64,000 bases of DNA. It comes from a virus. The DNA is taken from the IMG/VR virus record IMGVR_UViG_3300027733_000042, positions 26,787 through 90,786 of that record; one strand, 5' to 3'. This document shows positions 27,801 through 37,229 of this stretch, one piece after another (position 1 is the first letter of the stretch; each line of letters begins with the position of its first letter). Below the pieces are notes generated by a model. The model made no database searches. It saw only the letters and a list, made by a program, of their open reading frames with translations, and was not told where the DNA came from. Made by a program: the position numbers and the translations under genes.

Positions 27801-30504
27801 ATAAAGGAGTCAATATATTCCAGACCACACTAAGTACGATTAGTGATAGATTGCCAGTTAATGAGTCATACCCTACCGGTGTGTCAACTTGTGCAATAAA
27901 ATAATTGTCAGCATCGTATTCTATTTTAACCTGCTGTAAATGATTTTGAGAACCATCGTCAAATCCATATGTTACAAGTGTTCCAACATTAAGAGTAATA
28001 GAACCACTTAAACTAGATAATAGTATACTCGTTGTTGAGGTAGCTTGAGTTGCAGGATCTTCAATTTTTGCAGTTCCATTATTAATTACAGAGTATCGAG
28101 TATATTTTATGTCTGCCAGATCTCTCTTTGGTGTTAATAAAGCAAGTCCTTCAGGTATGTAATAATATTGATAAAAATCTATTTCTGGAAAATTTAAGTA
28201 ATCGCTGCTATAAAAATCAAAGCTAATATCTTTGATTGGAAATAGTGAAAGTAATCCAAATGCAGGTCTAAATTTCTTGCGCATGATAAAATCAGTGTAT
28301 GCAATTGCTGGAGACTCTGCGTCTTCTAAAACAACTGCACATTTATTGAAATATGCAGAAATTGCGGACTTTATTGTAGACTCAGTAACTGAATTTTCTT
28401 CAGTCACTAGATCAATATAACTGGAAGTTTTTTTAATCTTTGACCAGCCGGAAGTTGTTTTAATTAGGATATTATTAATTTCCTGATTAATCTTAGCCAT
28501 GTGTTCACGGTCGACAATTAGACGATTACCAGTAACTATAGATCCGCCTTTAAATTGGAACATTGTCCCAACGAGTGACGTCCCGCCAGTTTCATCTAGA
28601 TCAATAACTGTGTACTGTGCAGTAGGTGATGTAAAAGATAATTGGTGAATTGCATCAAACTCTCCAGCAACATTACACTTGATAAAAACGTATGAATCAA
28701 ACGCATATGCAGTGAATGTACGATTTCGTGTGCTATTAATTACATCAGCAAGCGCTTTTGCAATTTCATGTTTTAGACCAATCGCGTTAAAATAGAATAC
28801 ATCATGTCCAACAACATTATCATAATCAATATATGAATAAAAATCTCCAGGATTAGGCGTTAGTGTATATCCAATTGCTGCTGTATAATAATCATATTTT
28901 CCATTAAGGTCAACATTTGTTCCATTTGGATGGTATAATCGAATTTCATCGAGGTGACCAAGATTTGAGTTAATTGTAATAACTGAATGCGAGAACCCAG
29001 CAGATTGACTACTAAACCCAGTGTCTTGTAGAAATAGGTCATGAGATGGGCCAAATAACCTAGCTAAATCAAATTTTGCATCACTTAACGTCAATATACC
29101 AGTTCCAATATCTTTTGCGACAAATCCAAAAACTAGCGGAGTCGCTGTTGTGTTTAGATATGTGAATTGGATATCTGATATCCTAGTGACAAAGTAGCTT
29201 CCGGTTAACTCAGTTAATGTATCTGTAATTTGAACAAGGTCATCTGTATTAAAGCCATGTGGAATATTTGATATTGCAGTTACTGTTGTTCCATCGCAAG
29301 TTAATTCAATAAATACTTTTTCTGAATAATTAACAGTATATGGCTGTTCTAGCTTAGGTAAATGTAATTTACCATAGCAATCAGTCACATAATTAAAATA
29401 CAGAGACTCTGAATCTGAAAAAATATCTTCAAACTCAGCCATATTAAAATCAATATTTGTATATGGAACAACTACACCAGTTGAATTTGATTGAACTAGA
29501 GTAGTATCATCTGATTCTAAATACAGTTTTTTAGTATGCGGAGTATTTGGCCAAGTTCTACGCTCTGCGTAAAGTCTTTCCAGGTCGATATCTAATTTTG
29601 ATAATTCTAGCGTATCCACATATAATCCTAAATAACGATTAAATTCATAATTCTCAGAAGTATCATCGGTAAATATGAAATCAAGATTTAGAATATTTGG
29701 GAAAATGACGCCGTTTCGCTCAAATCCACCAGTAATATTTCCTTCAAAGAATTTTAGAGGAGTTGACTGTTTGTATTGATCGTATAATAATTCGCCTTTA
29801 CTTCCAAGAATACCGGAATCAACTATGATTCCATTCCAAGTAGTAAAATCGTCTTCGTTGAATGATACACTTAGTGGGCTTACTGGAAAATTATTACTAT
29901 TAATATATGAACGAATGTATTTACCTGGTTTTGAGGTTTCACTTAGATCAAAGGTTTTAATAATTGTCGCATTCTTAAACAGGTCAATAATAAACTCTGA
30001 TTTTGATTGACCTGTTTCAAAATTTTGTTTTGAAAGATCAATCTTTGAATTTAAAGGATCCTTAATTTTTAAGATTACAAAATAATTAGGTATCTCCTTT
30101 TTAAGATATAGGGGAGCAAAATATGAAAGTCGCTCGTCATACTTATTAGATGGAAAATATTTGATTCCACTAAAATAATTAGAAAAATCGTACTGATCTT
30201 TAAAATCCTTTGATGTTTTAGTAGTGTCGACCTTTTCTGTTAAACCGAAAATAATCTCGTTTGGAGTTTCACCATTTTTAAAGAATTTATGCATATTTCC
30301 AGCTAGAGACTGTGTAGTATCTATTGGAAACCGTGAATAGTCATCTTTTGCAAGTTCAAGATTCGCCTTAATTGAATCTAACCACATATCGCCGGCTTCA
30401 TTAATTGTTATCTTAACATTGCCCGTTAATTTTGGATTAGTTCTAACCAGTTGAAAACTCGAATCTGCACTAAGCGGTTTAGTGTATAATAAGTCTTTTG
30501 CCAT
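24898..30504 (-). CDS. very large virion structural protein (baseplate/tail associated)
   Basis: 1868-aa beta-rich ORF in the late structural operon. Confidence 0.7.
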   Translation of the reverse strand: MAKDLLYTKPLSADSSFQLVRTNPKLTGNVKITINEAGDMWLDSIKANLELAKDDYSRFPIDTTQSLAGNMHKFFKNGETPNEIIFGLTEKVDTTKTSKDFKDQYDFSNYFSGIKYFPSNKYDERLSYFAPLYLKKEIPNYFVILKIKDPLNSKIDLSKQNFETGQSKSEFIIDLFKNATIIKTFDLSETSKPGKYIRSYINSNNFPVSPLSVSFNEDDFTTWNGIIVDSGILGSKGELLYDQYKQSTPLKFFEGNITGGFERNGVIFPNILNLDFIFTDDTSENYEFNRYLGLYVDTLELSKLDIDLERLYAERRTWPNTPHTKKLYLESDDTTLVQSNSTGVVVPYTNIDFNMAEFEDIFSDSESLYFNYVTDCYGKLHLPKLEQPYTVNYSEKVFIELTCDGTTVTAISNIPHGFNTDDLVQITDTLTELTGSYFVTRISDIQFTYLNTTATPLVFGFVAKDIGTGILTLSDAKFDLARLFGPSHDLFLQDTGFSSQSAGFSHSVITINSNLGHLDEIRLYHPNGTNVDLNGKYDYYTAAIGYTLTPNPGDFYSYIDYDNVVGHDVFYFNAIGLKHEIAKALADVINSTRNRTFTAYAFDSYVFIKCNVAGEFDAIHQLSFTSPTAQYTVIDLDETGGTSLVGTMFQFKGGSIVTGNRLIVDREHMAKINQEINNILIKTTSGWSKIKKTSSYIDLVTEENSVTESTIKSAISAYFNKCAVVLEDAESPAIAYTDFIMRKKFRPAFGLLSLFPIKDISFDFYSSDYLNFPEIDFYQYYYIPEGLALLTPKRDLADIKYTRYSVINNGTAKIEDPATQATSTTSILLSSLSGSITLNVGTLVTYGFDDGSQNHLQQVKIEYDADNYFIAQVDTPVGYDSLTGNLSLIVLSVVWNILTPLSSWNIYQVALPGTTINPIIEFTVTQPCYYSNYIGSPIISQTTKFTPGDVLMCPIKDENLELRNFSGFSILKDPTKVIAADSSDEYAIKTKYVNGLTQTEYDFYKENESIDFALRSKIIPYITKWGIKNGLDSRDNPYRLNTEIVFGRNNFSPDHTDRSQNPNNFTHEWFYIESRFNYLDTLATAKQNNYYFDKPLDITKLLSDPNYFIEYFTYTPKFGTDINGEDLDVAPTQFRYSEVFKNIAGQYEAFFKGFKLIFNDVHNSTVFGADGKPVATDSTSRFDGYKFSCVLKPVKEDFFNRDQPPIRFRFIEHTDYKFITLVIELAIGSIDQINSFWKQFIIMGSPVGLSSAKPSVVPPNETFYAGPLIGGDLPFETIYGDYRIQFEQVDGVDVSNLNHTLLYSLKNKKYNSRLDNFSNIKLSSQLAISVAGTNGVNFVAGPPVSGTIKSTQIPSISNYPASLADEFTPISNLGLVAMRNSASGIFYIIDQTNSAFAPQNSNPIDSAIDDRLNFSLDDILGGADLSLVTPISLPPFTSIFQNLPLPSGFTVVVRNYFTFFVIGGGKNYFEKLLQKLSFSKFKQYLNTLDPIIEFESYSLDINGVSQLSPDPKFYLEIPDVANVENTSQIIINSDIDVPTQFSFNNEIGYQYEQAKLNNIVELNRYPGGYEPITHDVLYCKSNFKFFKNKINDLPLSNTRLNTQIDNLLTLANFNHIKVANTKILDLESDPAHLPIYPKIGEVAIGQAPHFLLNSNWDWGFHHRYSSKTEYSAASGAVRVEEDENFLGKILTVPETLYLTQFNIVMLTDSQKLSDVDLTQIEIVAKEGTSSLDGFINLNNAITNYLIADGIEQKFNDYLVNSNEFIGNYVTIQEYVKDYIKLNILKLYNTDTIEFFSKRNASLFSTKTVQNSNPISFVFLDDIQRKALGYAEFKNVQINKTDRLILSFSIPKSTAAGQDISPKIKIKFI

Positions 30505-30508
30505 CTAT

Positions 30509-33500
30509 TTAGAATGTGCTAATTTTTCCTTTTCCTTGAACTAGCGGAGCATCTAATGATGTTTCTTTAGTGTATTGTGCGCTTACTTCAAGGTCAAATG
30601 AAAAAGGAACGTCGTTTTTAATATTAATATCGAGTCCAATCTTCTTCTGATATTTTATATTGTTTAATGTGCCCGCGGTTCTATAACCACCAACATATCC
30701 TAGTCTATCAGAACATCTGAATTGAAATAGAACTGGAATATTGAATGCATTTTCAGAGCCAACTTTTACTTGACTCACAGATCTTGCTGGGAAATTTCCT
30801 TGTACTGATACGGATTCGTAATCTTGTGGGAATAAGTATAAGTATGCACCACAGGTATATTTACCAATTAGATATTCATCATTTGGAGTAAATCCTAATT
30901 TGACAGGATATTGATTATCCTCCAGGGTAGTATTATCAGTAGGAGGTGCTGGAGCAATTCGAGTTGCTTGTTTATAATATTTTATGCCAAACGCATTAAT
31001 ATCTTCCTGTACAGATGTTTCAAAATGTATTGCATGGGCAAATGGTAGGGTTTGTTGTGGAGCAGTTGTATCAACTGCTGTTGGTATAGCTGACGCAAAC
31101 ACAGGTCTAAAAACAGACGACATAAGACCAGGACCAGGATATGCAAAACTTGCACCTAATGATTTAAGATATGGATGATCTTTGCTGATACAAAACTCCG
31201 TTAGAAATCCTCCGCCAACACCGCTTGTGCTAGTGTCAGTTGTTCCATTCCAAACTTTGCTATTTGCCGTTGCAGTAAATGTAACATTTTGTGGATCAAA
31301 CGGTAAATAATGTGCCCAGTTTACTGGAACATGTGGTGTTGTCCCAATTGTTATACCGACACGATAATCATACGTTGCAGAATACTGAGATATTAGATCT
31401 ACTGCTGGTTTGCTTGGTGAATATACTTCTTCAGAAAGTCCATAATTTCGGATACGACTTGTTAACCATTGACTCTTAACTTGTGTTGATTGCTGACTTG
31501 CAATTTGTTTAACATTACCAATAATTGGAGTTACATTTTTGTTTACTCCGACTGGAACTAAGTCATATCTACGATTTAAGTGATAGTCACTATCTGGATT
31601 GGCAACTGGATCAGATGATGTTGCAGTTTCATCAATTCCACCAAATAAGAATGACATTAATTCTAAGGTCGTCGCTGATGTATTTTGAATTGAAATAACG
31701 TATTGTTTTGTAATAATACGACCTTCATTATAAACAGTTGTTCCACCAGTTGTGTCTTTAATAAGATCACGGTAATATCCAGCAAAAAGATTAATTGTAT
31801 CTCCATTTGAAACATCTGTTGTGTTTCCATTAGGATCAATAATACTTACTTTAATTACACCAGAATCTAGTGCAATTGATTGTTGTACGCTATCTAATGT
31901 CGTTTTGATCGATTTTAACTGGTCATAAAGATTAATTACGGCACCTTGAGTTGTATAGAATCCGCTGGCGATGTCCTCTGCTAGGTGGGCAAAGAATTTC
32001 TCACCAGTTGTAAATTGATTTGCAAGGTGAGTATCAAGTCCTCGAGCAATGAGACCTTTTTCAAAGTCGATTTTCGTCTTATCAGCAAATGCTTTTTGAG
32101 TAAGAACCGAAGATTCTTCTTCAGAAGAAACACTTTCTGGAAAAGGTATTTGTACTGCGTTTGACCAATCAGACTCGGCAGCATTATCTGGCCATCCAGC
32201 TTCAGAAAGAGATTTAACTTGTATTTCTACAATTTCTCCCTTACGAATTGTAATATCTAATTGATTTGAGTTTACAACGTCTGAATCAGAAACGTTTTCA
32301 ACGTCCCAAGTATATAAACCAGTCGTTGTATCTAAACTCTTGGTTCTAGGCTTAGATAATTTTTCTGTCCATGGAGAAAATGATGCAGAACGTTTAGTTC
32401 CATCAGTTTCAACAAACGTATGTTGCTGAGCGGTTGGCTGATTTCCAGCTTGACTTAAATAACGATATCGATATTTAAACTGTACAACCGTTTGGTCACC
32501 ATATGTTGACTTAACTGGGTCAGGAATCTGCCAGAATCCACGAACACTGTACTTTTTAGGAACAATGAATTGTGGAGTAGTTGAGATTTGAAGAGTAAGG
32601 TTAGTAACAACAGTTGATAAACTAACTGTTTTTTCATCTCTAGTCTTCTGAACCTCAGTTAATTGTTTTTTAAGACGTTTTGCTTCTTGATCAGTTTTTG
32701 CAGTCGTTGTGATATTTGCTTTAATATCATCGATCTTCTTGTTTAATTCCTGAATCTCTTTCTCAGTCGTAGCTTTTTCTTTAATTGTATTTTGAACCTG
32801 AGTTACGTTTTTATCGTCTTGAATATGTTGATCTGTCTGAACAACTGTGAAGTTTGCAGCAGATAATGTTGGAGCAGTCGGTTTATTTGCAACAATCGCA
32901 GGTAACTTACGCTCTTTTGCCATATTAAGGAGAATTAATCCAAAATCGGCAACGAAATTTGTATAGTAATTGGCTAAGGTTGCTGTTGTATTATCTGGTA
33001 ATGGGATAGTTAAGTCATTTGTATAAACGGCTACTCCATTCGAATAATCATCAACTGTTAAATTTTTAGCCTTGCTAATTGGGCGAATGAATACTACTTG
33101 ACGTTCATTAAATCCTACATTAACTTGTAATTCAGGAGCACGATACGGTGCTGGTTTTATTCTAAGAATACTTGCACCAATTGTAATTGGGTCAATTCCA
33201 AAGATTCTTTCAAGAACGACTTCAGTGTCTGTTTTATTAACAGTTATTACTTTATATTCTGAATCATTATTCGTGATTAAGATATCTCCTTCGGATAAGA
33301 GTTTACTGTTTTTAACTCCAGAAAGAACATCAGTATAATTTAAAGTATTGATTTTATAACGACGACGAACTACTGTAACCGTTTGATCAGTTAGTGCCTG
33401 ATCTACCGTTTCTTCAAGAACACGCAGTACATCAAATGATCCTTTGAATCGATTTATGGCAATTTGAACATCAACTACATTATCATCTTCAAAATAATCA

Positions 33501-34090
33501 ATTGAGTTTGTGTCTAAATCTGTTTTTAAAGCATCGTAATTAATATTGTTTTTGCCTTTATAATTCGTATCAAAGAAAGCAGCAATATCATCGTTATTTA
33601 CTGCATTAACAATAAGCCTCTTTACAACGAAACTGTCAATATCATCAGTTAAAATGTCTGAAATATTTAAGTTTACATAAAGTAATGGATTTAGGAATGA
33701 TTCAAAGAACCAGTTATTCTTAACTCCAAATTCAGTAGGTAGAGCAAGTGCTAAATTTTGAACACTTTCTAATTCTTGTAAAAGTTGAGAAGTTTTCTTT
33801 AATTCAAATTTTCGAACTTCACCATTTGCTGATTTGATTCCAATAACATCACTATTTGTTGAAAGAAGAGTCTCAAAGCGAGTATCAATATCTTCAATTT
33901 TTCCTTTTAAATAACCGAATGATGGGACGTTAATTGAGTATGTTGAACCATCGTTTTTAGTTTGGTTAACATTTACGTTTTCTGATTTCGATTCAAGAAT
34001 ATTCTGTAAACTGTACAGAAAGCTATTCATGTTGTCGATATCAACAACGAGTCTTTTTAAAACATCGGATAGTGTATGTTTGACTTCCAT
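30509..34090 (-). CDS. large virion structural protein with central coiled coil and Ig/FN3-like segments
   Basis: 1193 aa; coiled coil KATTEKEIQELNKKIDDIK; 'VEIQVKSLSEAGWP...ESDWSN' resembles an FN3 end. Confidence 0.7.
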   Translation of the reverse strand: MEVKHTLSDVLKRLVVDIDNMNSFLYSLQNILESKSENVNVNQTKNDGSTYSINVPSFGYLKGKIEDIDTRFETLLSTNSDVIGIKSANGEVRKFELKKTSQLLQELESVQNLALALPTEFGVKNNWFFESFLNPLLYVNLNISDILTDDIDSFVVKRLIVNAVNNDDIAAFFDTNYKGKNNINYDALKTDLDTNSIDYFEDDNVVDVQIAINRFKGSFDVLRVLEETVDQALTDQTVTVVRRRYKINTLNYTDVLSGVKNSKLLSEGDILITNNDSEYKVITVNKTDTEVVLERIFGIDPITIGASILRIKPAPYRAPELQVNVGFNERQVVFIRPISKAKNLTVDDYSNGVAVYTNDLTIPLPDNTTATLANYYTNFVADFGLILLNMAKERKLPAIVANKPTAPTLSAANFTVVQTDQHIQDDKNVTQVQNTIKEKATTEKEIQELNKKIDDIKANITTTAKTDQEAKRLKKQLTEVQKTRDEKTVSLSTVVTNLTLQISTTPQFIVPKKYSVRGFWQIPDPVKSTYGDQTVVQFKYRYRYLSQAGNQPTAQQHTFVETDGTKRSASFSPWTEKLSKPRTKSLDTTTGLYTWDVENVSDSDVVNSNQLDITIRKGEIVEIQVKSLSEAGWPDNAAESDWSNAVQIPFPESVSSEEESSVLTQKAFADKTKIDFEKGLIARGLDTHLANQFTTGEKFFAHLAEDIASGFYTTQGAVINLYDQLKSIKTTLDSVQQSIALDSGVIKVSIIDPNGNTTDVSNGDTINLFAGYYRDLIKDTTGGTTVYNEGRIITKQYVISIQNTSATTLELMSFLFGGIDETATSSDPVANPDSDYHLNRRYDLVPVGVNKNVTPIIGNVKQIASQQSTQVKSQWLTSRIRNYGLSEEVYSPSKPAVDLISQYSATYDYRVGITIGTTPHVPVNWAHYLPFDPQNVTFTATANSKVWNGTTDTSTSGVGGGFLTEFCISKDHPYLKSLGASFAYPGPGLMSSVFRPVFASAIPTAVDTTAPQQTLPFAHAIHFETSVQEDINAFGIKYYKQATRIAPAPPTDNTTLEDNQYPVKLGFTPNDEYLIGKYTCGAYLYLFPQDYESVSVQGNFPARSVSQVKVGSENAFNIPVLFQFRCSDRLGYVGGYRTAGTLNNIKYQKKIGLDINIKNDVPFSFDLEVSAQYTKETSLDAPLVQGKGKISTF

Positions 34091-34098
34091 TTAGTGTA

Positions 34099-36201
34099 TT
34101 ATCTTATTTTATCAATTCTGAATGTGAGCAAGTTTTCGTCAGTACAAATGATATCGAAAATTGGTTTGTTGTCCGATGGTACAAAATCACTATCGTTTAA
34201 AAGAGCGATTGAAACTCCATATGCACCTAAATTCATTTTATTTGTAGCATCGGTGTATAGTTTAATATTATATACATCAGTTACTAACTCGTCATCAATT
34301 ACTAATCGTAAGCTTTGACCTTTTTTCCAAGCGACAGTTGAGTCATTTATGAAAATTTGAAGGTCTCGTGTTAGAACTATTTGATTACCGCCATTTGTAT
34401 GCGCAATATAATTTGTAAAATTGCTTAACTCAATTACATTGTTTGTAAAAATATTCGTAATTGATGTGTTTGATATATTATACTGCTGATTTCCATTAAC
34501 GATTCGAATTCTATTTGGAGTTCGACGATCAATTGTAATTCCTTCACCTGGGCGAACTGTATCTAAGTCGTATGAAATAGTAATATTTGAGGTTCCATTA
34601 AGTATGCTATCAACTCTATCATTAACACTAGTAATGAGTTGCATCATACTATTTGTATTATCAAAAATTGCAGAATTTGCAGCAAGAGCAGTCTCAATAT
34701 TTGAGATACGAATTTTTAATTCATTTTGATCTTGTGTATTAATTAACAAGTCTTTTAATCCTTCTACACTCTGACTTAATTGGTCAAGTTCTAATAACTT
34801 ATCGTTATATTTTGTTTGTAATTGTTTGAACTGTGTTAGAACATCTGTAAATAATTCTAGGGAGAATGTAGAGTAGTCATTGATTGAACGTTCAATTAGG
34901 ACATCTTCAATTGAAGTGTCAAGTTTAAGGTTCATCTTAAATGCAAACGCATTACCATTGATCTTATTTAATGGATCTGGCTTGAACTTTTGAATCACTG
35001 GGATTTGAAATTCAAGGCCGCTTTGTTGTATTCTATCTAAGAAAAGGACTCCATATAAATTGGTTCGGATATCTAATGGTAAACCATTTGAATCTAAATT
35101 ATTTGGGTCATATGTATCATAATAAATTAGGATTGCATTAAATTCAAAATCTCTATTTGCAACGTAATCGTTAAATTGTGCAAATACTTTTATTTCTGGA
35201 TTCTCACTTGCTAGTTTATAGTTGGCTAAGTCAAAATCTAGTGAAATACCATCTAAACTTGTTCGTAAATATTCAACTGTGCGTAATCCAAAGTGTTTAG
35301 AAATTACCTTATCTGCCGCAATATTATATGCTCCAGTAGTATTGTAATTATCTGTGTAATATGCATTTCGGATAGTCTGAGTAAACCAATTTCCTGGAAT
35401 ATATGTTCCAGCAATAGTGTCTTTGATTTGAGCAAAAACACTTGCATCATCTAAGTCATATGACGCTTTCATTGAAAGTCCAAATGGATGAGTTTCATTG
35501 TATTTTCTACCCGATAAGTACTCGATATTTAAAGGATCTGCTGCATTATTTGCAACAGTCATGTTTGGGAAGTAGTTTGCATCGGTAACTGACTTGAAAA
35601 GAACATGTGGAGTAGTTCCTACATTTGTTGGAACGTGAACATAAACTTCAGTATATGAATTGTCTTTTGATTTTAGTGAATTGACAACATCAATATCTGC
35701 AATATATTTTACTATTCGATTATATGTTGAGTTAGTTTCTGGTTTTTCAACAAATCTGGATTCAGTGCCTAGAGTTGTTGTATTTTTCTCGATTGCATTT
35801 GCATCTTGGAAACGAATTGCTCCAAGTTCTTTTAACCATTTCCAAAATACACGTTCGCCGACTGTTAATTTTTCTTCTCTCTTATATTGAGGTCTGCTTA
35901 ATAATAATGCTTCAAAATTAAGTGCATAGTTCTGAAAACTTTCTGCAAGATTAACATTCTCATCAACATGGATTCCATCAATCATATTAGACTCACCTTG
36001 AGCTAAAAATTGAATTTTATTATCTGTTGCAAGAGTGTTTGGAGTACCAATTTCTGGTATTCTTAATAGAGCGAACTTTGAGAAACGCACAGCATTTTCA
36101 CTGTTACTTATCGTAACATTGATGTCTTCCAGAGCACTTTGAAAGTTATAGAAGATACCCTTCTTATTCTGTACTGGTTTAATTAATGGAGTAACTGCCA
36201 T
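34099..36201 (-). CDS. virion structural protein
   Basis: 700-aa ORF with a coiled-coil segment, in the structural operon. Confidence 0.7.
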   Translation of the reverse strand: MAVTPLIKPVQNKKGIFYNFQSALEDINVTISNSENAVRFSKFALLRIPEIGTPNTLATDNKIQFLAQGESNMIDGIHVDENVNLAESFQNYALNFEALLLSRPQYKREEKLTVGERVFWKWLKELGAIRFQDANAIEKNTTTLGTESRFVEKPETNSTYNRIVKYIADIDVVNSLKSKDNSYTEVYVHVPTNVGTTPHVLFKSVTDANYFPNMTVANNAADPLNIEYLSGRKYNETHPFGLSMKASYDLDDASVFAQIKDTIAGTYIPGNWFTQTIRNAYYTDNYNTTGAYNIAADKVISKHFGLRTVEYLRTSLDGISLDFDLANYKLASENPEIKVFAQFNDYVANRDFEFNAILIYYDTYDPNNLDSNGLPLDIRTNLYGVLFLDRIQQSGLEFQIPVIQKFKPDPLNKINGNAFAFKMNLKLDTSIEDVLIERSINDYSTFSLELFTDVLTQFKQLQTKYNDKLLELDQLSQSVEGLKDLLINTQDQNELKIRISNIETALAANSAIFDNTNSMMQLITSVNDRVDSILNGTSNITISYDLDTVRPGEGITIDRRTPNRIRIVNGNQQYNISNTSITNIFTNNVIELSNFTNYIAHTNGGNQIVLTRDLQIFINDSTVAWKKGQSLRLVIDDELVTDVYNIKLYTDATNKMNLGAYGVSIALLNDSDFVPSDNKPIFDIICTDENLLTFRIDKIR

Positions 36202-36224
36202 TTAACCTATTGATTTTTTATGGA

Positions 36225-37196
36225 TTAAAAGAATTCCATACCTACTGTGCTAGTAACAATTAGACGATCGTTTGTATTCTGGTCAAGAATATAAAGGAAT
36301 GATGCATTGTTTCCATAAGGAGATATGATATTGCTATTTAATACTGGTGTTGCGCTTATTGGATTGACTCCTAAGTCATACGATCCGTTATGTATGTATA
36401 CTGGAACTGGCACAGGTAGGGCGCTTAGGTTTTGACCTCCACGAATAACGACTGGCATTGTGTTTCCATTAACAGCAGTTAAAATACTGGTCGATGTGAT
36501 ATTTTCGACAACATCAACAAATGAAATTGTAAATGTACTATTTTGTGCTGGTGGATTCACTGCATCAAAATCAACATATAACACAAATTTTGTGATACCT
36601 GCAGCAAATGCACTAATTCCGTCATACACAAAACCTAGGTTTGGTGCAGTAACGACGCTAAGCTTAACTAAGATATTTTTCTTTGATCCGCTAGTTAATG
36701 TGATTCGAGCTTCCGCGGTAGTTCCCATGTTAGTTAGGGTTGCAGTAACCGTTTCTTTTGATTCGATTAATTGTGCATCAAATTCGAAAGAACTTGTCAT
36801 TTTTGCAGGACCATTTGATACTAATGCATCATTTACAGTCACTGAATTTGCAATAATTGTATCTGCATCGATCTCGATATTAACATTGATTTTATCAACT
36901 GTAAATACTGACTGTGTACTTGAATTTTTTTCAAGTCTTGCAATAATCTGATTTGGTGTTCCAGTTTGGAAAATCAAGCCAGTGTCTTGGATAATAACAT
37001 TTTTTGTCTTGATTGAATTAATCGCGTTGTCTGTACCAATTGATATAGCAGTCAAGTCAATCTCCAATAAGTTAATTAGATCCTCTAATTTGTCCTTAAG
37101 TAACAAACTATTTGCATTGCTAATAGATGCGATATCTGTAACAAAGTTTGTTAAGAGAATTTCTTGAATCGGTAACGAAACAGGTGTAAATGCCAT
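36225..37196 (-). CDS. virion structural protein (fibre-like)
   Basis: Thr/Val/Ile-rich; late motif at 37218-24. Confidence 0.65.
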   Translation of the reverse strand: MAFTPVSLPIQEILLTNFVTDIASISNANSLLLKDKLEDLINLLEIDLTAISIGTDNAINSIKTKNVIIQDTGLIFQTGTPNQIIARLEKNSSTQSVFTVDKINVNIEIDADTIIANSVTVNDALVSNGPAKMTSSFEFDAQLIESKETVTATLTNMGTTAEARITLTSGSKKNILVKLSVVTAPNLGFVYDGISAFAAGITKFVLYVDFDAVNPPAQNSTFTISFVDVVENITSTSILTAVNGNTMPVVIRGGQNLSALPVPVPVYIHNGSYDLGVNPISATPVLNSNIISPYGNNASFLYILDQNTNDRLIVTSTVGMEFF

Positions 37197-37229
37197 GTTC
37201 TTTGAATTATTTTATTTTATTTATTAATT